Source: a virus
Lineage: Duplodnaviria > Caudoviricetes
Strand: one strand, 5' to 3'
Virus record (IMG/VR): IMGVR_UViG_3300027805_000006
Length of the DNA stretch: 64,000 nt
Of the stretch, positions 52,144 to 60,637 are shown piece by piece (the first letter of the stretch is position 1; every line of letters begins with the position of its first letter). The position numbers were made by a program, and so were the translations under genes. The notes under the pieces were generated by a model, which did not search any database, was not told the DNA's origin, and saw only the letters and a list, made by a program, of their open reading frames with translations.

Positions 52144-52884
52144 TCATTTTTCAGCAAGTTTCTTTAGTTGCTCAAATTCAACAAGCGGTTTTTTACCAGT
52201 GCTTTTGCTCTCAGCCTTAATACCACCGGCATCTAGCCACATCTGCTTTATGAAGCGGCGCATTTCTGGAGAAGCATTCTTTCCGGTATCTACCCATTTT
52301 TTCCAAAGTTCAGACATTTTCTGCGTTACTTGAGCAGCATTAATGCCACTTGACACGGGTGGTGCGACTTCCTTTTCCTTGTCACCTTCAGCAGGCTTTT
52401 CGCCTTCCTTCTCAGCAGGCTTTTCGCCTTCCTTCTCAGCAGGCTTTTCGCCTTCCTTCTCAGCAGGCTTTTCAGCAGGCTTTTCAGCAGGCTTTTCAGC
52501 AGGCTTCTTGTCAAATGCGGGGTTATAGAGCATTGACCCCTTTGGTGCAAAAGTCAGACCTGCTTCAATATATGTTACAACTGGAGAGTCTTCTCTGAAT
52601 TTAACGTTTGTTTTGGTGTTTACCCAGCCGTCTGCTTTTTTCTCAAATGGCTTTCCATTAAAAGTTGCTGTATCACCAGTTTTAAATGACTTCTTTTCAC
52701 CGTGCTTTGTGGCATAATCTTCAGCAAATTCTTTTTCCTTTTGATACTCTTCTGGAGTAGCAGGTGCTTCAAACAGTTTTTGAAGAGATGTGCCCTCTGC
52801 AGTTTCCCTCCAGAAATCAAAAAAGGCTTCAATGTCTTCTTGAACTCTGTCTTCTAGTAGTTGAGAAAGGTGGCTAAGTTTCAT
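52144..52884 (-). CDS. putative internal head protein with KPAE repeats
   Basis: MKLSHLSQLLE start; TATAAATA promoter at 52906-52913. Confidence 0.7.
   Translation of the reverse strand: MKLSHLSQLLEDRVQEDIEAFFDFWRETAEGTSLQKLFEAPATPEEYQKEKEFAEDYATKHGEKKSFKTGDTATFNGKPFEKKADGWVNTKTNVKFREDSPVVTYIEAGLTFAPKGSMLYNPAFDKKPAEKPAEKPAEKPAEKEGEKPAEKEGEKPAEKEGEKPAEGDKEKEVAPPVSSGINAAQVTQKMSELWKKWVDTGKNASPEMRRFIKQMWLDAGGIKAESKSTGKKPLVEFEQLKKLAEK
52389..52508. repeat. 24-bp x3 plus 12-bp x4 tandem repeat (KPAEKEGE / KPAE)
   Basis: CAGCAGGCTTTTCGCCTTCCTTCT x3, then CAGCAGGCTTTT x3 and one variant. Confidence 0.95.
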
Positions 52885-52908
52885 TGTATCCTCAGAACTT
52901 TTGTTTAT

Positions 52909-53259
52909 TTATAATGCTACACCCTTGCCGTTAATACTGGTTAGTAGCCAGTATCCTTCAGGCATTTTCTTTAAAGTTAAGTTCTCATCATCGTTTTTAA
53001 TGAGTTCAAACCACTGTCCTGGTGAGGTGTTATAAATTCTGAATTCATTATTTCCTAATGACGTATGAATTTCAACCTTTGTGATGTCCCATATCTGGTA
53101 TGGGGGTGATGACTTAATTGATAAGGAAGCATTTCCAACTGCATATCCATCTTTTATTGCAACCTTCAGCGGCTTATGTGCTTGGTACAACTTAAGCAGC
53201 ATTTTTCCGATAAAAACATCCGGAATGCTGTCTTCCTCGAAGAGTTCAAACATCTTCAT
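52909..53259 (-). CDS. putative internal head protein
   Basis: MKMFELFEE start. Confidence 0.7.
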   Translation of the reverse strand: MKMFELFEEDSIPDVFIGKMLLKLYQAHKPLKVAIKDGYAVGNASLSIKSSPPYQIWDITKVEIHTSLGNNEFRIYNTSPGQWFELIKNDDENLTLKKMPEGYWLLTSINGKGVAL

Positions 53260-53666
53260 CGTGGGCTATGCCCCCATACCTTTAGAGAAAGTAACTTTCT
53301 GGTTGGCTCACCATTTTCGTCATACAGTGGTCCAGCCGCACCCTTCATTCTGCTAATGAAACTTACCTGCTTACCGGCCCATCGCCAGTCATTTGCGTCC
53401 CAGTCTTTTACTGGTCGCTTCTTCATGCTGATTATGTGTTTGGCTGACTGGCGACCAGTGCTAATTCCAAGTTTTGATGCCACTGATTGCTTTAGCCCAG
53501 GATGCTTCTTCGGATCAGACTTGGCTAACTCAAGTTGGCGATCTAACCATTTTTCCAGGCTTTCAGCAGACATATTGACAAGAGTTTTCCAGCGAGAATA
53601 CAAATCCTGTCGGCGCTTCTTTTCGCTGTCAGAAACTTCTTCAGTTAAAATTTCAGAAACTCTCAT
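53256..53666 (-). CDS. DUF3140-like protein with MRVSEILTE start
   Basis: LVNMSAESLEKWL...GRQSA..I...SLKVWGHSP matches the DUF3140 pattern as I recall it. Confidence 0.65.
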   Translation of the reverse strand: MRVSEILTEEVSDSEKKRRQDLYSRWKTLVNMSAESLEKWLDRQLELAKSDPKKHPGLKQSVASKLGISTGRQSAKHIISMKKRPVKDWDANDWRWAGKQVSFISRMKGAAGPLYDENGEPTRKLLSLKVWGHSPR

Positions 53667-53914
53667 TTTTTATCCTTTGCCTTTTTCCAAAGGTCCTTAT
53701 CAGCTTTTCTAGCTGGCCCGTTTGTTAAAAACGATGAAACTCTTGCATGTGCCCATTGGTGCTGACTTACACCAGGCCTATGACCAGTTCTCCACGCTGC
53801 TGCACCTCTGTTCCAAACCTTCCTAAGGATTGATACCGAAATACCTGTCTTCTCAGCCTTATTCTTCAGAGCGGTATCAACGCTTCCTTCAGTAAGGAGT
53901 TCAGTTAGCTTCAT
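53663..53914 (-). CDS. small basic putative internal protein
   Basis: Start reassigned to MKLTELLTE; KAEKTGIS..ILRKVWNRGAAAWRTGHRPG..QHQWAHARVSSF motif. Confidence 0.75.
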   Translation of the reverse strand: MKLTELLTEGSVDTALKNKAEKTGISVSILRKVWNRGAAAWRTGHRPGVSQHQWAHARVSSFLTNGPARKADKDLWKKAKDKK

Positions 53915-54230
53915 TTGAATACACCAGTAGGCGCCCATTAGAACCTTTTTGGAAGTGCAGTCGTCCGTCGTCCAGCATATCCTTCGTATAGACGATGTAA
54001 CGGTGTCCAGTTACCTGAGCAATCACCGAGAGCTCGAGCGAACCATCAGGACGAAGTTGGTAGCCGCTGATCTTCATCGGTTCATTCTCAATCTCCTTGT
54101 CCAGCAGCTTTACCGGCTGTCCTTTATTCTTGACGTGATCGGCAATAGTGCGCTTCAGCATTGATACTAGAATTGGTAAGTCTGCGCTTTCAGCCACGCT
54201 TACTTCAGTAAGGAGTTCAATAACCTTCAT
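53901..54230 (-). CDS. putative internal head protein
   Basis: MKVIELLTE start. Confidence 0.7.
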   Translation of the reverse strand: MKVIELLTEVSVAESADLPILVSMLKRTIADHVKNKGQPVKLLDKEIENEPMKISGYQLRPDGSLELSVIAQVTGHRYIVYTKDMLDDGRLHFQKGSNGRLLVYSNEAN

Positions 54231-54850
54231 TTGCCAAATCTCCGTTCAAACTTCTTGGTGTGTTCTGACTTAGGAAGGTTTTTGCCCTTCTTCTTCAACT
54301 CAGCCTTGTACTTTTGGTCTGCTGTCCAATCATCGGGGTAGGCGGCTGGGTCAGTGTGTTCCATATCTTTAAAGCGCTTTATTTCACGTGTCATCTCAGC
54401 CTTCAGTTCTTTTTTCCTTGATGACCCTTTAAAGTTAAGATAACTCTTCTTTATTTTTTCTTCATTAGTTACCTGTTCTCTATCAATAATTGTCCAAACG
54501 CCATTTATCTTCTTAATGGTATAATTGTCATCAATGGGTCTTTCAAATTCGAAGAGCATAGTGCTCGTAGCACCACGGCCATACAACGCAAACTCCTTAT
54601 AAGGGCTAATGTGCAGTTGATCGTTGTTTATGGCACGTCTAAGTATGTCGACTGGATCAACGAGCATATACTCTGCCTGCACTACCCATCCTTCCTTAGT
54701 GCTGCGCATCGCCTGATATCCACGCTGTGTATTACCAGACAGGAAGGTACGTCCCTTCGCATTGACATAGATGGGCTTTTTAGCCTTTACTAGTTTGAGC
54801 AGCATAGTAGCTAATATGCTTTCATTCTCGAATAACTGAGCGAGCTTCAT
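54227..54850 (-). CDS. putative internal head protein (two domains)
   Basis: MKLAQLFENE start; basic C-terminal DPAAY...KSEHTKKFERRFG domain. Confidence 0.7.
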   Translation of the reverse strand: MKLAQLFENESILATMLLKLVKAKKPIYVNAKGRTFLSGNTQRGYQAMRSTKEGWVVQAEYMLVDPVDILRRAINNDQLHISPYKEFALYGRGATSTMLFEFERPIDDNYTIKKINGVWTIIDREQVTNEEKIKKSYLNFKGSSRKKELKAEMTREIKRFKDMEHTDPAAYPDDWTADQKYKAELKKKGKNLPKSEHTKKFERRFGK

Positions 54851-55149
54851 TCGTTTGGTGCAATCTGTGCGTCATAGTACTTGTGCTGGGAGTGGTCAAT
54901 CTTTCCAGTCTTCTGGTCAATCTTTCCACCATAGTGTGCTGCCTGGCGCTCAATTCTTTTGAAAAGTTCAGCCATTGCCTTCATAATAACTTCGTGGCTA
55001 TATGGCTTTTCTGGATTGGTTGCATCTAACATCTTAAAGTCAGGATTAATCTCTGCGTGTCTTTCAGCGTCTGGTGCAATAGGAACTTCAGGAGCAGAAT
55101 TTCCTGCAGCAATAATGTGTTTAGCTTTTATTAATTCACTTACCTTCAT
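54847..55149 (-). CDS. putative internal head protein
   Basis: MKVSELI start. Confidence 0.65.
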   Translation of the reverse strand: MKVSELIKAKHIIAAGNSAPEVPIAPDAERHAEINPDFKMLDATNPEKPYSHEVIMKAMAELFKRIERQAAHYGGKIDQKTGKIDHSQHKYYDAQIAPNE

Positions 55150-55151
55150 AG

Positions 55152-55607
55152 TTATTCTTCTTTGTTCTTAGGTACAAATTTTTCAGATAGTTCTTTTATC
55201 CACTCTAGCGCTACTGGAAGAGCGTCTTTTGGTGAAGCAAAGCGCTTGGAGTTTTTTGCTTTTAAAACTTGAGTTAGGCTTTGACCATCACTCATTGAAA
55301 CATACCAGCCACTCTCATTCTTAACACCATGCTTTTCTGGTGCAAAGGTGTAAATTACTGCTACCCACCCAACATTTGCTTTACCATTTTTTGCAGGTCT
55401 AATTAGTTTTGCACGCAAAATTCTTTGCTTTGGAATTCCAAACTTCCCACCCGATTTAATTGTACTCTGTTCAATTTTATCAGCGTATGGCTTAAGCGCC
55501 CTTGAAAAAAGGTTAAACATAAAATCTACTTCTTCATCGGTTTGTTGTTCAACCTCCAACTTTTCCTTAGATTTTTTTGCTGCTTCTACCAGGTTATGAA
55601 GTTTCAT
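55152..55607 (-). CDS. putative internal head protein
   Basis: MKLHNLVEAA start; AGGA RBS. Confidence 0.7.
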   Translation of the reverse strand: MKLHNLVEAAKKSKEKLEVEQQTDEEVDFMFNLFSRALKPYADKIEQSTIKSGGKFGIPKQRILRAKLIRPAKNGKANVGWVAVIYTFAPEKHGVKNESGWYVSMSDGQSLTQVLKAKNSKRFASPKDALPVALEWIKELSEKFVPKNKEE

Positions 55608-55638
55608 TGCTAGTTCCTACCTTACTTTTTTGTGCTGT

Positions 55639-56145
55639 TCAACTGAACTTCACAATTCCCTGCGAAACTGTGGGTAGAATAATGGTAATTGAAACATTAG
55701 GTGTAGGATAAACTACGCTCAATGGAGTAACTTCGGAAAGAACAGTTTGCGTTACATCCCACGTATAGACCTTTATTTCGGGGTCATATCCAAGGTTATG
55801 CGTTACTGCCCAAGTGTTAGAATCTGATGTTTGGTAATGAGTGAAGTTAAGCCCCTGTAGAGCAAGTGCATTCTTCATTCTGTACCTGAAACTCGTAGTG
55901 CCAAGATTAGTTTCTGCTTGAACTGCAGATAGAAGAGAGTTAGCCATAGAATACCAAGCAGCATCAAATGCAGCATCATCTAGATATACAGTTCCTACGA
56001 GGGCAACTCTATCTTGTTCAAGTTGCTCTACCCAGTTTGAAAGTTGATTTACAACGCTCTTTAAAACAGCAACTTCAGTTCTTAACTCATTTCTTCTGTC
56101 ATGAAGAGAATTTACTATTGGTACACCTGATGGAAATGCTGACAT
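55639..56145 (-). CDS. hypothetical structural protein
   Basis: Coiled coil plus C-terminal W.VTHNLGYDP motif seen in fibre-associated beta domains. Confidence 0.65.
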   Translation of the reverse strand: MSAFPSGVPIVNSLHDRRNELRTEVAVLKSVVNQLSNWVEQLEQDRVALVGTVYLDDAAFDAAWYSMANSLLSAVQAETNLGTTSFRYRMKNALALQGLNFTHYQTSDSNTWAVTHNLGYDPEIKVYTWDVTQTVLSEVTPLSVVYPTPNVSITIILPTVSQGIVKFS

Positions 56146-56159
56146 GCTTCGCCTTTGTA

Positions 56160-56657
56160 TTATTTCTTCTTACGTGATTTTAGATTCTTTTCAACTTCTC
56201 TTTCTTCTATCTCTTTTAATCCGTGTTCTACAGATATATGCGCCTTGGCAACATATTGTTTTATTGCCTTAAGCAACTCGGTGGGAGTTCCCTTCATTGT
56301 TTTTGGGCGACGCATTCCGATTGTTAGTTGTGCGTACCACTCTCCATCCCTGTAGTATATGAAATATTGAACTTTTCCTCTCGATGCGATGTCTATAACA
56401 TCAAAAGCATAGCCAGGAATTACAAGGTATTTTTCTCTAAACTTCTGTACTTGAGGAATTTTCAACAAACCAAATATTGTGCTGACACCATAAGAAGCAG
56501 GCACTACAAGAAAAGGATGTGAGTCTGGTGGAAGTGACTTCAGAAACATCTTATTAATAAAGTCAATTTCCTCCTGAGTTTCATGATCAACGGTCGGGGC
56601 TGCTTTATAGCCACGATTGCGATGATTAGCAGCCTCAACTAATTGAGAAAGAATCAT
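56160..56657 (-). CDS. putative internal head protein
   Basis: MILSQLVEAA start. Confidence 0.7.
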   Translation of the reverse strand: MILSQLVEAANHRNRGYKAAPTVDHETQEEIDFINKMFLKSLPPDSHPFLVVPASYGVSTIFGLLKIPQVQKFREKYLVIPGYAFDVIDIASRGKVQYFIYYRDGEWYAQLTIGMRRPKTMKGTPTELLKAIKQYVAKAHISVEHGLKEIEEREVEKNLKSRKKK

Positions 56658-57046
56658 GCAAGATTTTCCATCTTATATTTAATTCTAGCAACAATGGCTT
56701 GAAGTTCCTCAAACTTATTCACCAAGAAGCCATCTTGCGGAATTATCTCGTGTTGCATTTCAAGGAAATGATACAACTGCGCAACAAATTCTTGTGGTGT
56801 ATTTTCACTAAAAATATTCGGTTCGCTTATTTCAATCCAAGTTTCAGTACCATATCCACCCATGTAGATTTCCATAAGATCATCTATTAGTTCATTCATG
56901 CCATCGTACAGCTCGCCGAGCGCCATGTGCTGTGAAAAGGATTTAACCTTCCAATGCCACATTCTAGCGGTGTTTTGAGCAGCTAGTAGGTGTGATACTA
57001 ATTCACCAATAGCTTCATCGTTTTTCTTATTGTTGTTATTATCCAT
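56654..57046 (-). CDS. ferritin/Dps-like four-helix protein
   Basis: RMWHWKVKSFSQHMALGELYD...IDDLMEIYMG resembles the Dps HW...H..L.E.Y...D...E motif; GAGG RBS. Confidence 0.7.
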   Translation of the reverse strand: MDNNNNKKNDEAIGELVSHLLAAQNTARMWHWKVKSFSQHMALGELYDGMNELIDDLMEIYMGGYGTETWIEISEPNIFSENTPQEFVAQLYHFLEMQHEIIPQDGFLVNKFEELQAIVARIKYKMENLA

Positions 57047-57159
57047 TATTTCCTCTTAAAGAAGTTAATTACTGTCCATTGGTACAAAACATAGATGCGT
57101 TTTTGCTTATTTCAACAATGATTTATACCATGTTTTATTTACTTTTCCGGGTAGAATTG

Positions 57160-57399
57160 TTATCTATTTTTCATACTTTTCGTAAAAATATGCTCTAAAA
57201 GCATAAAATCAGAAAAGGTTAGTGCTGTATTTTCACCCATCATCTTCTTGAAGATGCCAGTGGTATAGGCCCAAAATCGTTTTGTCCCATGCTTGAATTT
57301 TTCTTCAGCAGATTTTTTAGCAGATTCCCAACGCTCCTCTGCCTTACTCATTGAGACACCATGTTTTTCAGCGTATTTTTTAACTAAAGTTGCTGGCAT
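57160..57399 (-). CDS. small basic hypothetical protein
   Basis: Start MPATLVKKYAEK; WESAK..A...FWAYTTGIFKKM; ends LTFSDFMLLE. Confidence 0.7.
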   Translation of the reverse strand: MPATLVKKYAEKHGVSMSKAEERWESAKKSAEEKFKHGTKRFWAYTTGIFKKMMGENTALTFSDFMLLEHIFTKSMKNR

Positions 57400-57413
57400 A
57401 TTATTCTCACAGT

Positions 57414-57806
57414 TCAAATTTTAGTAGGTGCAGTTTGTGGTTCCGCACTGCCAGGATATTCTTTGGCTTCGCCTGAAAGCTGTTCTAGAAAAACTGGTTT
57501 TAAAATCTTATCGCGCACAAGTTCCTTGAAGTTTGGCTTAACATCTGCGCGAACCTTTACCACAACCCTGTTGCTGTTGCCCATAAGAGGTCTAGACCCA
57601 AAAATTCCAGCAGTTGCGCTAATTGACCATTTATTTTCGCCAAAAGTACGATCAAAAATGCCCGCAGTAATTGGCCAAACTGGCCAGGCAACAATCGGCC
57701 TGACTACATAGTCCTTGTACTCAATCTGCTGTTCTGGTTCCCATTCGCCCTCCCAGTCATCATCTTGAGATAGCTTTGCAGTTTCAAAAAGTTCTGTCAG
57801 TTTCAT
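57414..57806 (-). CDS. putative internal head protein
   Basis: Start reassigned to MKLTELFE (57806); the upstream part of the track ORF overlaps another gene. Confidence 0.7.
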   Translation of the reverse strand: MKLTELFETAKLSQDDDWEGEWEPEQQIEYKDYVVRPIVAWPVWPITAGIFDRTFGENKWSISATAGIFGSRPLMGNSNRVVVKVRADVKPNFKELVRDKILKPVFLEQLSGEAKEYPGSAEPQTAPTKI

Positions 57807-57807
57807 T

Positions 57808-58353
57808 TTAACCAAACTTTTTCTTGAGGGCGGCTCTAAGAGCATCTGCCTTCGCTGCACTAATAAGTTTTGAAGTATTTTGCTGCTGTGAAATTGCTCC
57901 ATAGGCAGACTTAAGCTTTTCATCCTTTGTTTTTTTATGAACACGTGAATTATACAGCCAAGCTGCCATTGCCAAAACACCAATATCTCCGTCGCGATAC
58001 CTTGCCCAACGTCCTTCTGCATCAGATGCGCCGCTGTCATTCCATTTTTCTAAAATACGCGCTTCATTTGCTGGAGATTTTGATTTAAACATTACTCTGC
58101 TAATAATTTTTTTCCCATCAGAAGTTTCTATACGAACAAATACACCACGAAGTGCATTAAAGACTCTGATTAAAATATTTCCAAGACCCATTTTGATTCG
58201 TTCAGATTTTACTTCTTTTCCAACCTTCAGTACCTTTTCTGCAGTATCATCATCAACGACGACTAATTCATTTGGTTGGGTGTCAAGAAATGATGCAGCT
58301 TTATTCATGGCAAGCTGATTAGCATTTTCATTTAATAGCTCATGGATTTTCAT
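57808..58353 (-). CDS. putative internal head protein
   Basis: MKIHELLNE start. Confidence 0.7.
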   Translation of the reverse strand: MKIHELLNENANQLAMNKAASFLDTQPNELVVVDDDTAEKVLKVGKEVKSERIKMGLGNILIRVFNALRGVFVRIETSDGKKIISRVMFKSKSPANEARILEKWNDSGASDAEGRWARYRDGDIGVLAMAAWLYNSRVHKKTKDEKLKSAYGAISQQQNTSKLISAAKADALRAALKKKFG

Positions 58354-59156
58354 TTTTGCACAGATATTTGCTTAATCAGAGTTGGTAAATGTGTCTCAAG
58401 CCATTGCACATATTGCTGACTTGAGTACTTGTTTGCATTTTTTGTGATTGTGGCAATAAATTGAGTTCCAACATGATCTGCAATAAGTTGCCCAAATGAT
58501 GATTTTGCACCCTGCCCTGAGACCGTCTTATCAACGCCAAATTCATGTGTTCGTTGGCCCGTCTTAATTCCACTATCTGCTAACCACTTCTTTACGACTG
58601 CAACTAGGTCCTTTTCAACACTGGGGTCATAGTAGTAGAACTTCAATGAGTCATTGTGTGACATAAAATAATCCAAATGACGGTGTGTCTTGAAGCTAAT
58701 CGGCGTCTGCTTATCATTTGAAAAATCGCGTATCTTTGAAATGAGCGTGTTGAATGATTTTAGAAACTTTGCGATATTTTCTTTTGTACGCTCAACCGTG
58801 ATATAGTAGTTCAATGTGCGGTCTTGGCCTGTTTTTCTTGGTATGTTAGCATTTATATCAACTTGTGCCCACGGTCCGCCGCCGCCAGTATTGAAGAATT
58901 TTCCGCTAAAGTAAGTCTTCCACGCGTTTACAGCGGTGTCATCAAAGCCAACCTGCTTTGCCTTTCCTATTTTGGCAATATCAACATCATTTACAACGAT
59001 GTCATATATAATTGACTTTATTTCTTTTTGAAGAGTAGAATTACTGGTATCAACTACTAGATCTGAAATAAGTTTTTCTAATTTTGCTTTTACGGGAGCA
59101 AAGTTAAACTGCTGAGCTTCAGCCAAAACCTGTAGATAAATGTCAGCCAGTTTCAT
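58350..59156 (-). CDS. putative internal head protein (268 aa)
   Basis: MKLADIYLQVLAE start. Confidence 0.7.
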   Translation of the reverse strand: MKLADIYLQVLAEAQQFNFAPVKAKLEKLISDLVVDTSNSTLQKEIKSIIYDIVVNDVDIAKIGKAKQVGFDDTAVNAWKTYFSGKFFNTGGGGPWAQVDINANIPRKTGQDRTLNYYITVERTKENIAKFLKSFNTLISKIRDFSNDKQTPISFKTHRHLDYFMSHNDSLKFYYYDPSVEKDLVAVVKKWLADSGIKTGQRTHEFGVDKTVSGQGAKSSFGQLIADHVGTQFIATITKNANKYSSQQYVQWLETHLPTLIKQISVQK

Positions 59157-59163
59157 TTTACAC

Positions 59164-59367
59164 TCATCTAATATTAAGTTTAGCCTTAAGCTCCTCTAGA
59201 CCTTCTGTTCCGCTGATATTCTCTTTCTCAGCCGCTTTAGGGTCAGTAAGCGTTAGTTTCCAATTACCACCATTACCTGCTTTAGCCTTACGAAGGTATG
59301 CTGGTGTTTTAACACGAGTTGATGCCTTTGGGGCAGCAGCTGTTTCTAGTAGTTGACTAACTTTCAT
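59164..59367 (-). CDS. small putative internal head protein
   Basis: MKVSQLLE start. Confidence 0.65.
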   Translation of the reverse strand: MKVSQLLETAAAPKASTRVKTPAYLRKAKAGNGGNWKLTLTDPKAAEKENISGTEGLEELKAKLNIR

Positions 59368-59606
59368 TTTTGATATTGTCCTTTCAGTACCACTTTAAAT
59401 GTTCCTAAGTCTGTCGATACATAAAGATTGTGCGCTATTTCCTTTGAAGGATTTGCAGTGACCATATGGTTGTGTGCGTCAATTGCTTCCCTCTTGCTTT
59501 GGAAATACTTTACTGCATCGTTCATCTTACTTTCAACGCCATTATTATTTAGGCGGTGCAGCCAAATATTAGTGCGTTTTTTAGACCACATTTCATCAAT
59601 CTTCAC
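59364..59606 (-). CDS. small putative internal head protein
   Basis: MKIDEM start; coupled to neighbours. Confidence 0.6.
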   Translation of the reverse strand: MKIDEMWSKKRTNIWLHRLNNNGVESKMNDAVKYFQSKREAIDAHNHMVTANPSKEIAHNLYVSTDLGTFKVVLKGQYQK

Positions 59607-60067
59607 TTTGTTTCCTTCGTTTCAGCGTCAATTGACATCATTTTCAGTATTTCCTCTCGGCTTGCAACAACTAGACCATTTGGATTTTTTGAAGCGTATG
59701 GAACAAATGCTGACGCCTTCTTTCTATCGCCGCGCACCTTAGCCTTTGTTGCTGCTGCATTCAGCGCAATATTGAGGTAGTTAGCAGCAACCTCAGCATT
59801 GCGGGCGGCATATCTTGGCTCAGTTATTTCAGCAAACTGCATCTGCTGCTGGAACGTGTCATATGCAGCATCATAGACTTGGTCAATCTTTTTGTCAATC
59901 TCAACATCCTCTGGCTCAACTTCAGTAGAAGGAGCAGGTGCTTGAAAAGATGCAAGAGTTGCTTCAGTCATTATACTGTACTCAGTGACATCTCTGACAG
60001 GCTCCTCAGTTTGGAATAAATCATCAAGTGGATGAATATACTTGCTGTCAGGTTGAAGCGTTTTCAT
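59603..60067 (-). CDS. probable terminase small subunit (gp16-like)
   Basis: Helical core PRYAARNAEVAANYLNIAL and C-terminal VVASREEILKMM resemble gp16 PRAYEV...FVGSTxELxK; start likely MKTLQP. Confidence 0.5.
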   Translation of the reverse strand: MKTLQPDSKYIHPLDDLFQTEEPVRDVTEYSIMTEATLASFQAPAPSTEVEPEDVEIDKKIDQVYDAAYDTFQQQMQFAEITEPRYAARNAEVAANYLNIALNAAATKAKVRGDRKKASAFVPYASKNPNGLVVASREEILKMMSIDAETKETK

Positions 60068-60163
60068 TTTGTTCCCCACTGCTAAAATAATAAAAGAGCA
60101 CCTTTTGCCCCTAGATTATCCGTTACTGGTTGATAAAGAGTTTTTATCTTTCTTGCCAGCACT

Positions 60164-60637
60164 TTAGACAGCATTACCGGGCGCTGGTGGCTTTCTTTTA
60201 TTTATGCCTCCCCACAGCGTTTTCTCTGTTACAACACGGAAATGCGCGCCCATTTGATTGGCATATGCTGATGCCGCTGCCCATTTTGCTTGATTTACCA
60301 CAAGCGCCATCTTGTCTCTGTCAGTCATCTTGGGAGTTGGCACTGTTTGTGAGTAGGGCTTTATCTCAACTATTTCTTTTCGAACACTACCATCTTTGTG
60401 CTTATACAAAACAATAATATCGGGGAAATAGCGATGAACTCGGTTGTCGAGTGGGCTTACATATGGAATAATGAGTTCTTCTGAACCAAATTTTAGAACT
60501 GCAGGATTTTGGTCAAGCCATTTCATAAAAGCAAATTCCCATGAGGATCTAAAAAAAATATTATTCGCATTCCCAAGATACTTCTGTGGATTTTGGCAGA
60601 TAAACCTGCCACGCATCGTAGAATTTGCGCCCTTCAT
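60164..60637 (-). CDS. head completion nuclease (T4 gp4-like, TnsA-type PD-(D/E)xK)
   Basis: GRF...NPQKY.G....FRSSWE, GSEE..IPY.SP.D.R.HRYFPD, VEIKP, VNQAKW. Confidence 0.92.
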   Translation of the reverse strand: MKGANSTMRGRFICQNPQKYLGNANNIFFRSSWEFAFMKWLDQNPAVLKFGSEELIIPYVSPLDNRVHRYFPDIIVLYKHKDGSVRKEIVEIKPYSQTVPTPKMTDRDKMALVVNQAKWAAASAYANQMGAHFRVVTEKTLWGGINKRKPPAPGNAV

